Origin: Escherichia coli
Lineage (GTDB): Bacteria; Pseudomonadota; Gammaproteobacteria; Enterobacterales; Enterobacteriaceae
Strand: one strand, 5' to 3'
Assembly: GCF_050320075.1 (NCBI RefSeq)
Contig: NZ_CP190018.1
Length of the DNA: 64,000 nucleotides
The notes under the pieces were generated by a model, which had not been told where the DNA came from, searched no databases, and saw only the letters and a list, made by a program, of their open reading frames with translations. The position numbers were made by a program, and so were the translations under genes. Positions 31,185 to 40,763 of the stretch are shown in pieces (the stretch's first letter is position 1; each line of letters begins with the position of its first letter).

Positions 31185-32900
31185 ATGAATTCGTTACAAA
31201 TCTTGAGTTTTGTCGGTTTTACGCTGCTGGTGGCGATCATCACCTGGTGGAAGGTTCGCAAAACAGATACCGGATCGCAACAAGGCTATTTTCTTGCCGG
31301 ACGTTCACTAAAAGCGCCGGTTATTGCCGCTTCGTTAATGTTAACCAACCTTTCCACGGAACAACTGGTTGGACTTTCCGGGCAGGCCTACAAAAGCGGC
31401 ATGTCGGTGATGGGCTGGGAAGTGACTTCAGCGGTGACGCTGATCTTCCTCGCGCTAATCTTTTTACCGCGCTATCTGAAGCGCGGCATTGCCACCATCC
31501 CCGATTTTCTGGAGGAACGTTATGATAAAACGACGCGTATTATCATCGACTTCTGCTTCCTCATTGCCACCGGCGTCTGCTTTCTGCCGATTGTTCTCTA
31601 CTCCGGCGCGTTGGCGCTCAACAGCCTGTTTCACGTCGGGGAATCGCTACAGATTTCTCACGGTGCGGCTATCTGGCTATTGGTAATTTTGCTTGGTCTG
31701 GCGGGAATTTTGTATGCGGTGATCGGCGGACTGCGCGCAATGGCAGTGGCGGACTCCATCAACGGTATTGGTCTGGTTATCGGCGGGTTGATGGTGCCGA
31801 TATTTGGCCTGATCGCGATGGGCAAGGGCAGCTTTATGCAGGGCATTGAGCAACTCACCACCGTTCACGCCGAGAAATTAAACTCAGTCGGCGGCCCGAC
31901 CGATCCCTTGCCGATTGGCGCGGCATTTACCGGTTTAATTCTGGTGAACACCTTTTACTGGTGTACAAATCAGGGCATCGTGCAACGCACGCTGGCGTCA
32001 AAAAGCCTGGCGGAAGGGCAAAAGGGGGCGCTGTTAACGGCGGTGCTGAAAATGCTCGACCCGCTGGTACTGGTGCTGCCAGGGTTGATTGCGTTTCATC
32101 TGTATCAGGATCTACCGAAAGCCGACATGGCCTACCCGACGCTGGTCAATAACGTTCTGCCAGTGCCACTGGTGGGTTTCTTCGGCGCGGTGTTATTTGG
32201 TGCGGTGATCAGTACCTTCAACGGCTTTCTGAATAGCGCCAGTACGTTATTCAGTATGGGTATTTACCGTCGCATCATTAACCAGAATGCCGAGCCGCAA
32301 CAGCTGGTCACCGTTGGGCGCAAATTTGGTTTCTTTATCGCCATCGTTTCGGTGCTGGTCGCGCCGTGGATTGCCAACGCGCCGCAGGGGTTGTATAGCT
32401 GGATGAAACAGCTCAACGGTATTTACAACGTGCCGCTGGTTACCATCATCATTATGGGCTTTTTCTTCCCGCGCATCCCGGCGCTGGCGGCAAAAGTGGC
32501 GATGGGGATTGGCATAATCAGCTACATCACCATCAACTATCTGGTGAAGTTCGACTTCCATTTCCTCTATGTGCTGGCCTGTACGTTCTGCATCAACGTG
32601 GTCGTGATGCTGGTGATCGGTTTTATCAAACCGCGCGCCACGCCGTTCACCTTCAAAGATGCGTTTTCAGTGGACATGAAACCGTGGAAAAACGTCAAGA
32701 TCGCGTCAATTGGCATCCTGTTCGCGATGATTGGCGTCTATGCCGGGCTGGCTGAATTCGGCGGCTACGGTACGCGCTGGTTAGCGATGATCAGTTATTT
32801 CATTGCCGCCGTAGTGATTGTCTACCTGATTTTTGACAGCTGGCGGCATCGTCACGACCCAGCCGTAACCTTTACTCCCGACGCGAAGGATAGCCTATGA
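31185..32900 (+). CDS. yidK: Sodium:solute symporter family transporter YidK
   Basis: 571 aa polytopic membrane protein of the SSS family. Confidence 0.9.
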   Translation: MNSLQILSFVGFTLLVAIITWWKVRKTDTGSQQGYFLAGRSLKAPVIAASLMLTNLSTEQLVGLSGQAYKSGMSVMGWEVTSAVTLIFLALIFLPRYLKRGIATIPDFLEERYDKTTRIIIDFCFLIATGVCFLPIVLYSGALALNSLFHVGESLQISHGAAIWLLVILLGLAGILYAVIGGLRAMAVADSINGIGLVIGGLMVPIFGLIAMGKGSFMQGIEQLTTVHAEKLNSVGGPTDPLPIGAAFTGLILVNTFYWCTNQGIVQRTLASKSLAEGQKGALLTAVLKMLDPLVLVLPGLIAFHLYQDLPKADMAYPTLVNNVLPVPLVGFFGAVLFGAVISTFNGFLNSASTLFSMGIYRRIINQNAEPQQLVTVGRKFGFFIAIVSVLVAPWIANAPQGLYSWMKQLNGIYNVPLVTIIIMGFFFPRIPALAAKVAMGIGIISYITINYLVKFDFHFLYVLACTFCINVVVMLVIGFIKPRATPFTFKDAFSVDMKPWKNVKIASIGILFAMIGVYAGLAEFGGYGTRWLAMISYFIAAVVIVYLIFDSWRHRHDPAVTFTPDAKDSL

Positions 32901-34390
32901 AACGCCCCAATTTTCTGTTCATCATGACCGATACCCAGGCCACCAATATGGTCGGTTGCTATAGCGGTAAGCCGCTGAATACGCAAAATATTGATAGTCT
33001 GGCGGCGGAAAGTATTCGCTTTAATTCCGCCTACACCTGTTCACCGGTTTGTACACCAGCGCGCGCCGGGCTGTTTACCGGTATCTACGCTAACCAGTCC
33101 GGCCCGTGGACCAACAACGTCGCGCCGGGCAAAAACATCTCCACTATGGGGCGCTACTTTAAGGATGCCGGCTATCACACCTGTTACATCGGCAAATGGC
33201 ATCTCGACGGTCATGACTATTTCGGCACTGGCGAGTGTCCGCCGGAGTGGGACGCTGATTACTGGTTCGATGGGGCGAACTATCTTAGCGAACTGACGGA
33301 AAAAGAAATTAGCCTGTGGCGCAATGGCCTAAACAGCGTCGAAGATTTACAGGCGAACCATATTGACGAAACCTTCACCTGGGCGCACCGCATCAGCAAT
33401 CGAGCAGTGGATTTTCTGCAACAGCCCGCGCGCGCCGAGGAACCCTTCCTGATGGTGGTTTCGTATGATGAGCCGCATCACCCGTTCACCTGTCCGGTGG
33501 AGTATTTAGAGAAATACGCTGATTTTTACTACGAGCTGGGCGAGAAAGCACAGGATGACCTGGCGAACAAACCGGAACATCACCGCTTATGGGCGCAGGC
33601 GATGCCATCGCCAGTCGGTGATGACGGGCTTTATCACCATCCGCTCTATTTTGCCTGCAATGACTTTGTTGATGACCAAATCGGACGTGTCATCAATGCC
33701 TTAACGCCAGAGCAACGTGAAAATACGTGGGTCATTTATACCTCCGATCACGGTGAAATGATGGGCGCACATAAGCTGATCAGTAAAGGAGCGGCGATGT
33801 ATGACGACATCACCCGTATTCCGCTGATCATCCGTTCGCCGCAAGGGGAGCGGCGACAGGTCGATACGCCAGTCAGTCATATCGATTTACTGCCGACAAT
33901 GATGGCGCTGGCAAATATTGAAAAACCAGAGATTCTGCCGGGGGAAAATATCCTTGCCGCGAAAGAGCCACGCGGCGTAATGGTGGAATTTAACCGCTAC
34001 GAGATTGAGCATGACAGCTTTGGCGGTTTTATTCCGGTGCGTTGCTGGGTGACGGATGACTTTAAACTGGTACTCAACCTCTTCACCAGTGATGAACTTT
34101 ACGATCGACGTAATGACCTAAATGAAATGCATAATCTGATCGATGATATCCGTTTTGCCGACGTTCGCCGCAAAATGCATGACGCCTTATTGGATTACAT
34201 GGACAAAATTCGCGATCCGTTCCGCAGTTATCAATGGAGCCTGCGTCCGTGGCGTAAAGATGCACAGCCGCGCTGGATGGGGGCATTTCGTCCACGCCCA
34301 CAAGATGGCTATTCGCCAGTGGTACGCGACTATGACACCGGCCTACCGACGCAAGGAGTGAAAGTGGAAGAGAAAAAACAGAAGTTCTGA
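32897..34390 (+). CDS. yidJ: Sulfatase YidJ
   Basis: 497 aa with the sulfatase signature CSPVCTPARAGLFTG (Cys-type C-x-P-x-R); ATGA overlap with yidK. Confidence 0.92.
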   Translation: MKRPNFLFIMTDTQATNMVGCYSGKPLNTQNIDSLAAESIRFNSAYTCSPVCTPARAGLFTGIYANQSGPWTNNVAPGKNISTMGRYFKDAGYHTCYIGKWHLDGHDYFGTGECPPEWDADYWFDGANYLSELTEKEISLWRNGLNSVEDLQANHIDETFTWAHRISNRAVDFLQQPARAEEPFLMVVSYDEPHHPFTCPVEYLEKYADFYYELGEKAQDDLANKPEHHRLWAQAMPSPVGDDGLYHHPLYFACNDFVDDQIGRVINALTPEQRENTWVIYTSDHGEMMGAHKLISKGAAMYDDITRIPLIIRSPQGERRQVDTPVSHIDLLPTMMALANIEKPEILPGENILAAKEPRGVMVEFNRYEIEHDSFGGFIPVRCWVTDDFKLVLNLFTSDELYDRRNDLNEMHNLIDDIRFADVRRKMHDALLDYMDKIRDPFRSYQWSLRPWRKDAQPRWMGAFRPRPQDGYSPVVRDYDTGLPTQGVKVEEKKQKF

Positions 34391-34436
34391 CGATAATGCC
34401 CGCTGATGATCACCCGGCGGGCATTATTCAGGCTGC

Positions 34437-34886
34437 TTAAGCCAGCGAACCGCCGGTCAGGAAAGAAAAAATCAGGAACATCAGCAGAAGGCCGCACACG
34501 ATGCCGATACCAAAAAGCAAGGTATGGAAAGCCAGCGTCCCGCCGCCGAAAACCAGCGCGCCGCGAATGCCCCAGCGATTTTCCTTACGCATACCGCCAA
34601 CAAATGCGCAAAGTAGCGCAGCAATGGCCAGTGCGATACCGCTTTGATCGAGGATTTTATCGACATCCACGTCCTCTTTTTTCTCCACGGTGGTAATTTT
34701 TTCGCCTTTTATTCCGGCGAGAAGACCTCTTTTAATTTCAGCCGTTTTGTCCGCCACGATGCTTTCAAGCGTTGGCGGTGGTGCGGAAAAAGGGCCGAAT
34801 GAAAAGTGGATAATCCCCATTATTAAAGCGATGGCACCGAACAGCATGCCCAATGAACTGATTTTATTTTGCGCTATGATACCCAT
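34437..34886 (-). CDS. yidI: Inner membrane protein YidI
   Basis: 149 aa from MGIIAQNKISS, RBS GGAGG upstream on the minus strand. Confidence 0.8.
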   Translation of the reverse strand: MGIIAQNKISSLGMLFGAIALIMGIIHFSFGPFSAPPPTLESIVADKTAEIKRGLLAGIKGEKITTVEKKEDVDVDKILDQSGIALAIAALLCAFVGGMRKENRWGIRGALVFGGGTLAFHTLLFGIGIVCGLLLMFLIFSFLTGGSLA

Positions 34887-34993
34887 CTGACCTCCTTGTA
34901 GCGGATGGCAAAAGCATATCAGGAAACGGGTGGACGAAATTCTTAAAAAAACCGCTAAAGGTAGAGCGTTAGTGAAATTGCAAAGGAGCAACA

Positions 34994-35341
34994 ATGAAAA
35001 TTTCCCGCCTCGGAGAAGCGCCCGATTACCGCTTCTCGCTGGCTAATGAGCGTACTTTTCTGGCGTGGATCCGTACCGCACTAGGATTTCTGGCTGCGGG
35101 GGTTGGGCTTGACCAACTTGCGCCAGATTTCGCCACGCCCGTCATTCGCGAACTGCTGGCGTTGTTGTTGTGTCTGTTTTCCGGCGGGTTAGCGATGTAT
35201 GGCTACTTGCGCTGGTTACGCAATGAAAAAGCGATGCGTCTGAAAGAGGACCTGCCTTACACCAACAGCTTATTAATCATCAGTTTAATATTGATGATCG
35301 TGGCGGTGATCGTCATGGGACTGGTGTTGTATGCCGGATAG
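34994..35341 (+). CDS. yidH: Inner membrane protein YidH (DUF202)
   Basis: 115 aa, two TMS. Confidence 0.85.
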   Translation: MKISRLGEAPDYRFSLANERTFLAWIRTALGFLAAGVGLDQLAPDFATPVIRELLALLLCLFSGGLAMYGYLRWLRNEKAMRLKEDLPYTNSLLIISLILMIVAVIVMGLVLYAG

Positions 35342-35693
35342 CCGCAAAGCCAGACGCATTGCCGACCCAGGGCTGCAGCCGGAGCGCACATCACTGGCGT
35401 GGTTTCGTACCATGCTGGGCTACGGCGCGTTGATGGCGTTGGCTATCAAACACAACTGGCACCAGGCGGGCATGTTATTCTGGATTTCGATTGGCATCCT
35501 CGCCATCGTGGCGCTGATCCTCTGGCACTACACTCGTAATCGCAATTTAATGGATGTCACGAATAGCGATTTTTCCCAATTTCACGTAGTCCGTGACAAA
35601 TTTTTGATCTCCCTCGCGGTGTTATCTCTCGCAATACTGTTTGCTGTAACGCATATACATCAACTTATCGTATTTATTGAGAGAGTCGCATGA
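35331..35693 (+). CDS. yidG: Inner membrane protein YidG (DUF202)
   Basis: 120 aa; overlaps yidH 3' end. Confidence 0.85.
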   Translation: MPDSRKARRIADPGLQPERTSLAWFRTMLGYGALMALAIKHNWHQAGMLFWISIGILAIVALILWHYTRNRNLMDVTNSDFSQFHVVRDKFLISLAVLSLAILFAVTHIHQLIVFIERVA

Positions 35694-36187
35694 CAGGAAG
35701 TCAGGTCATTGATGCTGAAGAGGACAGGCATAAACTGGTTGTAGAGTATAAGGATGCTCTGCAACCTGCCGATTTTTATCACAATTTCAAACAGCGGGGC
35801 ATCCGCTCCGTACAGCTCATTCCCCATCTTGAATTTGATGACCGGGGCGATCTGACGGCCGCTTCGGTGACAGCAGAGCTGTGGGGGAAATTTTTAATTG
35901 CCCTGTTTGAGTGTTGGGTGCGGGCAGATATCAGTCGTATCTCGATTGAGCTTTTTGACGCCACATTACAAAAATGGTGTGGCAGCGAAAACCCGCACTC
36001 GCGCCGTGGCTGCCAGGCGTGCGACTGGCATCGGCTGTGCCCGCACGCTCGGGAGGAGACGCCAGACAGCGTGCTATGTGCGGGCTATCAGGCGTTTTAT
36101 TCTTACTCCGCACCGCATATGCGGGTGATGCGTGATCTGATAAAGCAGCATCGTTCTCCCATGGAGCTGATGACGATGCTGCGGTGA
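35690..36187 (+). CDS. yidF: Cys-rich protein YidF (putative sulfatase-maturation accessory protein)
   Basis: 165 aa; ATGA overlap with yidG; Cys cluster CQACDWHRLCPH. Confidence 0.8.
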   Translation: MTGSQVIDAEEDRHKLVVEYKDALQPADFYHNFKQRGIRSVQLIPHLEFDDRGDLTAASVTAELWGKFLIALFECWVRADISRISIELFDATLQKWCGSENPHSRRGCQACDWHRLCPHAREETPDSVLCAGYQAFYSYSAPHMRVMRDLIKQHRSPMELMTMLR

Positions 36188-36194
36188 CGTGAGC

Positions 36195-37379
36195 TTAAAC
36201 AGGCTGCCCCTGATGCGACATCCGCGTCGCCAGCGGTAGCCAGCACAGCACGATCAACAATCCCATTAAGGTCATCAACAACCCCAGGCTGCCCTGACCG
36301 GTTTGCGGCAACATCGCAGAGAGCGACGCCAGCACGCCGGAACCAATGTTTTGCAGACCGCCGACCAGCGCGCCCGCGGTGCCCGCCAGGAAGGGGAACG
36401 GTTCCATTGCGCCGCTGGTCGCCAGCGGAAACAGCATCCCGGCACCGAAAAAGAACAGCGCGGCGGGAACGAGCAGCGTCCAGACATTCATCACGCCAAA
36501 CCAGTCGGGGATCCACATCAGCAAGCCAGCCAGCAGGCAGCAGATAACCGACTGCCACATCAACGTTGAGAAGCGTTTATTAGGACGTCCGGCAAACCAT
36601 GCCCCAAAAAATGCCGCCGGAATCGGCAGAATAAACAAAATACTGACCGTCATACTGCTCAGCCCTAATACCGCGCCCATCAGCACGCCGGAGCAGGCTT
36701 CAAAGGCGGCAATCCCGGCCAGACCGCCAATCAGCATCAGCAAATAACAGTTAAAACCGCTGTTACCGAAAAGCGTTTTATAACTGGTAAGCAGGCGTGT
36801 GCGCGGTGCGTCGACCGGACGCGTTTCCGGCATCCAGCGGGCCATACTGAAGGTCACACCGGCACAAAGTACCAACAAAAAGAGATAACAGGCGCGCCAG
36901 TTCCACATCGTATCCAGCAGACCGCCGATTAGCGGTGCGAGCAACGGACTGACAAGAATTCCCATGTTTAACAGGCTATTAGCATGGCGCAATTGTGTCC
37001 GTTCATATAAATCACGCGGCAAAGTACGCGCCATTACGCCGCCAACGCCGGTGCCCATCCCCTGCATCGCGCTGGCGGCAATCAATACTGTCAAACTGGA
37101 GGTCGTGACCGCGACCAGCGTTGCCAGCATAAAAATGGACATTCCGACGAGGATCACCGGTCGGCGACCCACACGGTCGGAAATCGGGCCATAAAACAGC
37201 TGTGAGACACCGTAAGTCAGCAGATAAGCGCCCATTACGCTCTGCACCGCCCCTTCACGGACGTTGAGATCGCGCGCCATATCGGCAATAGCTGGAATAT
37301 AAATGGTTTGCGCCATCTGACCGACGGCCACGAGTAATACCAACATCAATAACAAATTGACGTTTCTATGCCTTTTCAT
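36195..37379 (-). CDS. emrD: Multidrug efflux MFS transporter EmrD
   Basis: 394 aa from MKRHRNVNLLLMLVLLVAVGQMAQTIYIPAIADMARDL. Confidence 0.95.
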   Translation of the reverse strand: MKRHRNVNLLLMLVLLVAVGQMAQTIYIPAIADMARDLNVREGAVQSVMGAYLLTYGVSQLFYGPISDRVGRRPVILVGMSIFMLATLVAVTTSSLTVLIAASAMQGMGTGVGGVMARTLPRDLYERTQLRHANSLLNMGILVSPLLAPLIGGLLDTMWNWRACYLFLLVLCAGVTFSMARWMPETRPVDAPRTRLLTSYKTLFGNSGFNCYLLMLIGGLAGIAAFEACSGVLMGAVLGLSSMTVSILFILPIPAAFFGAWFAGRPNKRFSTLMWQSVICCLLAGLLMWIPDWFGVMNVWTLLVPAALFFFGAGMLFPLATSGAMEPFPFLAGTAGALVGGLQNIGSGVLASLSAMLPQTGQGSLGLLMTLMGLLIVLCWLPLATRMSHQGQPV

Positions 37380-37609
37380 TATCACGGATGCTTTTATAAA
37401 AATAATTAGAATAAGTCACTACGCATTCCCATAAATGCGGGAGAGGAATCTATCACATTGATAAATGTTAGCCAGATATACGCCAGGAATGGGGAATTGT
37501 TTAGCGGCAGAATATGTAAACAAAAGCGGCAATAAATGTTGCCGGGAGGGATGGTAGGGCGGATAAGATGCATCAGCATCGCATCCGACACCAACCCGCA
37601 CGCTAAATA

Positions 37610-37640
37610 TGAAAGGGGAGCGGTTACCCGCTCCCCTTTG
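37610..37640 (-). terminator. Rho-independent terminator of the tisAB transcript
   Basis: Hairpin aggggagcgg ... ccgctcccct followed by a U-rich tract on the minus strand, 3' of tisB. Confidence 0.6.
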
Positions 37641-37657
37641 GTGCGACTTGAATCTGA

Positions 37658-37747
37658 ATTACTTCAGGTATTTCAGAACAGCATCAAGCAGTTGCAGTGC
37701 TGCAACAATGAGTTTGAGGATAAGAATGGCGATATCCACCAGGCTCA
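37658..37747 (-). CDS. tisB: Type I toxin TisB (SOS-induced membrane-depolarising peptide)
   Basis: Manual translation of the minus strand gives the 29-aa peptide MSLVDIAILILKLIVAALQLLDAVLKYLK, one residue different from K-12 TisB as recalled; below the ORF track size cutoff. Confidence 0.9.
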
Positions 37748-37982
37748 TACGCGTCTCCTGTGGTTCAGGAGCACTGCCAGCTGACGTACCTTTCCGCTGC
37801 CTGTTGCCAGCTGTTGTGCACGCGGTATCTCAAGGAGAAACGTTGTGCTCGTTGACATAACACAGTGTGCTCACGCGGGGTTAAGGCGCTGACGGCACCA
37901 CCCGTTTCAGCCAGGACTTAGTGCGCCGGGTAACGATGCGGCCCCCGCATAACACATTGCGTACAGTGATATTATAGAAGTT

Positions 37983-38002
37983 TACTGTATAAATAAACAG
38001 TA
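37983..38002. promoter_or_regulatory. LexA box (SOS operator) of tisAB/istR-2
   Basis: TACTGTATAAATAAACAGTA matches the LexA consensus TACTGTATATATATACAGTA (CTG-N10-CAG) and lies between divergent tisB and the expected istR position. Confidence 0.85.
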
Positions 38003-38044
38003 ATATTTGGACAAAACGCAAACTGTGATCGATACTCAACTATG

Positions 38045-38185
38045 CACTAAATACGTCAAAATTCGTGCCGAAATTGCGCGTTTTGCGCGGAACACGTATA
38101 CTTTCTGTGTTGACATAATACAGTGTGCTTTGCGGTTACCAGCCGCGGGCGGCTGACGAAACCTCGCTCCGGCGGGGTTTTTTGT
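38045..38185 (+). ncRNA. istR: IstR sRNA locus (IstR-1/IstR-2 antitoxin RNAs); boundaries approximate
   Basis: Divergent from tisB across the LexA box. A 21-nt plus-strand segment at 38110-38130 is a near-perfect direct repeat of 37849-37869 inside the tisAB 5' UTR, i.e. the sRNA would be complementary to the mRNA. A T-tract near 38176-38187 gives a likely 3' end. Confidence 0.5.
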
Positions 38186-38312
38186 TACCTGCAGTACAGT
38201 ACAAAACGTGATCAACCCCTCAATTTTCCCTTGCTGAAAAATTTTCCATTGTCTCCCCTGTAAAGCTGTGCTTGTATAAATATTGTTAAACACAAAACCA
38301 ACAAGGTCCCCA

Positions 38313-38411
38313 ATGACTACTTCCATGCTCAACGCAAAACTACTACCAACTGCGCCATCCGCCGCAGTGGTCGTCGTGCGTGTGGTGGTGGTCGTCGGCA
38401 ATGCGCCGTAG
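38313..38411 (+). CDS. ivbL: ilvB operon leader peptide IvbL
   Basis: 32-aa peptide MTTSMLNAKLLPTAPSAAVVVVRVVVVVGNAP with a Val/Leu-rich regulatory stretch. Confidence 0.9.
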   Translation: MTTSMLNAKLLPTAPSAAVVVVRVVVVVGNAP

Positions 38412-38434
38412 GGACTGGAACAACACACGATTCC

Positions 38435-38468
38435 AAAACCCCGCCGGCGCAAACCGGGCGGGGTTTTT
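38435..38468 (+). terminator. ilvBN attenuator terminator
   Basis: GC-rich hairpin ccccgccgg ... ccgggcgggg followed by TTTTT, just after ivbL and before ilvB. Confidence 0.8.
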
Positions 38469-38516
38469 CGTTTAATCACCTCCCGGAAAGTCGGCCCAGA
38501 AGAAAAGGACTGGAGC

Positions 38517-40205
38517 ATGGCAAGTTCGGGCACAACATCGACGCATAAGCGCTTTACCGGCGCAGAATTTATCGTTCATTTCCTGGAACAGCAGGGCATT
38601 AAGATTGTGACGGGCATTCCGGGCGGTTCTATCCTCCCTGTTTACGACGCCTTAAGCCAAAGCACGCAAATCCGCCATATTCTGGCTCGCCATGAACAGG
38701 GCGCGGGGTTTATCGCTCAGGGAATGGCGCGCACCGACGGTAAACCGGCGGTCTGTATGGCCTGTAGCGGACCGGGGGCGACTAACCTGGTGACCGCCAT
38801 TGCCGATGCGCGGCTGGACTCCATCCCGCTGATTTGCATCACTGGTCAGGTACCCGCCTCAATGATCGGCACCGACGCCTTCCAGGAAGTGGACACCTAC
38901 GGCATCTCTATCCCCATCACCAAACACAACTATCTGGTCAGACATATCGAAGAACTCCCGCAGGTCATGAGCGATGCCTTCCGTATTGCGCAATCAGGCC
39001 GCCCTGGCCCGGTGTGGATAGACATTCCTAAGGATGTGCAAACGGCCGTTTTTGAGATTGAAGCACAGCCCGCGGTGGCAGAAAAAGCCGTCGCGCCCGC
39101 CTTTAGCGAAGAAAGCATTCATGACGCAGCGGCAATGATTAATGCTGCCAAACGCCCGGTGCTTTATCTGGGCGGTGGTGTGATCAATGCGCCTGCGCGA
39201 GTGCGTGAACTGGCGGAGAAAGCGCAGCTGCCTACCACCATGACTTTAATGGCGCTGGGTATGCTGCCAAAAGCGCATCCGCTGTCGCTGGGTATGCTGG
39301 GGATGCACGGTGTGCGCAGCACCAACTATATCTTGCAGGAGGCGGATCTGCTGATTGTTCTCGGCGCGCGTTTTGATGACCGGGCGATTGGCAAAACCGA
39401 GCAGTTCTGTCCGAATGCGAAAATTATTCATGTCGATATCGATCGCGCAGAGCTGGGTAAAATCAAGCAGCCGCACGTAGCGATTCAGGCGGATGTTGAT
39501 GACGTGCTGGCGCAGCTGATCCCGCAGGTGGAAGCGCAACCGCGTGCAGAGTGGCACCAGTTGGTAGCGGATTTGCAGCGCGAATTCCCGTGTCCAATCC
39601 CGAAAGCGTGCGATCCATTAAGCCATTACGGCCTGATCAACGCCGTTGCCGCCTGTGTCGATGACAATGCGATTATCACCACCGATGTGGGTCAGCATCA
39701 GATGTGGACGGCGCAGGCTTATCCGCTCAATCGCCCACGCCAGTGGCTGACCTCCGGCGGGCTGGGCACGATGGGCTTTGGTCTGCCTGCGGCGATTGGC
39801 GCGGCGCTGGCGAACCCGGATCGCAAAGTGTTGTGCTTCTCCGGCGACGGCAGCCTGATGATGAATATTCAGGAGATGGCGACCGCCAGTGAAAATCAGC
39901 TGGATGTCAAAATCATTCTGATGAACAACGAAGCGCTGGGGCTGGTACATCAGCAACAGAGTCTGTTCTACAAGCAGGGCGTTTTTGCCGCTACCTATCC
40001 GGGAAAAATCAACTTTATGCAGATTGCCGCCGGATTCGGCCTCGAAACCTGTGATTTGAATAACGAAGCCGATCCGCAGGCTGCATTGCAGGAAATCATC
40101 AATCGCCCTGGTCCGGCGCTGATCCATGTGCGCATTGATGCCGAAGAAAAAGTGTACCCGATGGTGCCGCCAGGTGCGGCGAATACTGAAATGGTGGGGG
40201 AATAA
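38517..40205 (+). CDS. ilvB: Acetolactate synthase I large subunit
   Basis: 562-aa ThDP-dependent enzyme (ThDP motif GDGSLMMN). Confidence 0.97.
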   Translation: MASSGTTSTHKRFTGAEFIVHFLEQQGIKIVTGIPGGSILPVYDALSQSTQIRHILARHEQGAGFIAQGMARTDGKPAVCMACSGPGATNLVTAIADARLDSIPLICITGQVPASMIGTDAFQEVDTYGISIPITKHNYLVRHIEELPQVMSDAFRIAQSGRPGPVWIDIPKDVQTAVFEIEAQPAVAEKAVAPAFSEESIHDAAAMINAAKRPVLYLGGGVINAPARVRELAEKAQLPTTMTLMALGMLPKAHPLSLGMLGMHGVRSTNYILQEADLLIVLGARFDDRAIGKTEQFCPNAKIIHVDIDRAELGKIKQPHVAIQADVDDVLAQLIPQVEAQPRAEWHQLVADLQREFPCPIPKACDPLSHYGLINAVAACVDDNAIITTDVGQHQMWTAQAYPLNRPRQWLTSGGLGTMGFGLPAAIGAALANPDRKVLCFSGDGSLMMNIQEMATASENQLDVKIILMNNEALGLVHQQQSLFYKQGVFAATYPGKINFMQIAAGFGLETCDLNNEADPQAALQEIINRPGPALIHVRIDAEEKVYPMVPPGAANTEMVGE

Positions 40206-40208
40206 GCC

Positions 40209-40499
40209 ATGCAAAACACAACTCATGACAACGTGATTCTCGAACTCACCGTTCGCAACCATCCGGGCGTAATGACCCACGTTTGTGGCCTTTTTGCCCG
40301 TCGCGCTTTTAACGTCGAAGGCATTCTCTGCCTGCCGATTCAGGACAGCGACAAAAGCCATATCTGGCTACTGGTCAATGACGACCAGCGTCTGGAGCAG
40401 ATGATAAGCCAAATCGATAAGCTGGAAGATGTGGTGAAAGTGCAGCGTAATCAGTCCGATCCGACAATGTTTAACAAGATTGCGGTGTTTTTTCAGTAA
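40209..40499 (+). CDS. ilvN: Acetolactate synthase I small (regulatory) subunit
   Basis: 96-aa ACT-domain protein directly after ilvB. Confidence 0.95.
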
Positions 40500-40532
40500 G
40501 GAGCGACATTAAACCGCTCGGGGGGTTTGCTG

Positions 40533-40550
40533 ATGAGCGATTTTTGATAG
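40533..40550 (+). repeat. 18-bp motif atgagcgatttttgatag, copy 1 (upstream of island ORF 1)
   Basis: Identical 18-mer recurs at 42129-42146 upstream of ORF 2. Confidence 0.6.
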
Positions 40551-40572
40551 ATCCGTTCAGATATATAGGGTG

Positions 40573-40605
40573 AAATTGTGCCAGAGACCATCTCAGGCAC
40601 AATTT
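40573..40605. promoter_or_regulatory. Palindrome aaattgtgcc-N13-ggcacaattt upstream of island ORF 1 (candidate operator)
   Basis: Perfect 10-bp inverted repeat with a 13-bp spacer, about 160 bp upstream of the ORF 1 start. Confidence 0.3.
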
Positions 40606-40763
40606 ATTAGCCCAGGACGTTAATTTAAGTCGCTGCACCGATAACCAGGGGGTTGACAGTTAGGGCTAAAAATTTCCAGCGATGGTGTTAAATTCTGATT
40701 GCTGTCTATACCAGTGGTCATGACCAGCATTCTATTAATTAATGGTTCATCGTGAGGTATATT

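Noticed and set aside
37609-37860. 83-aa plus-strand ORF
   Set aside because: It overlaps the tisB terminator and tisB antisense strand, has no RBS and is better explained by the tisAB transcript on the opposite strand.
38036-38533. 165-aa minus-strand ORF spanning the istR and ivbL region
   Set aside because: It is antisense to ivbL and its attenuator and crosses the putative istR locus, with no supporting translation signals.
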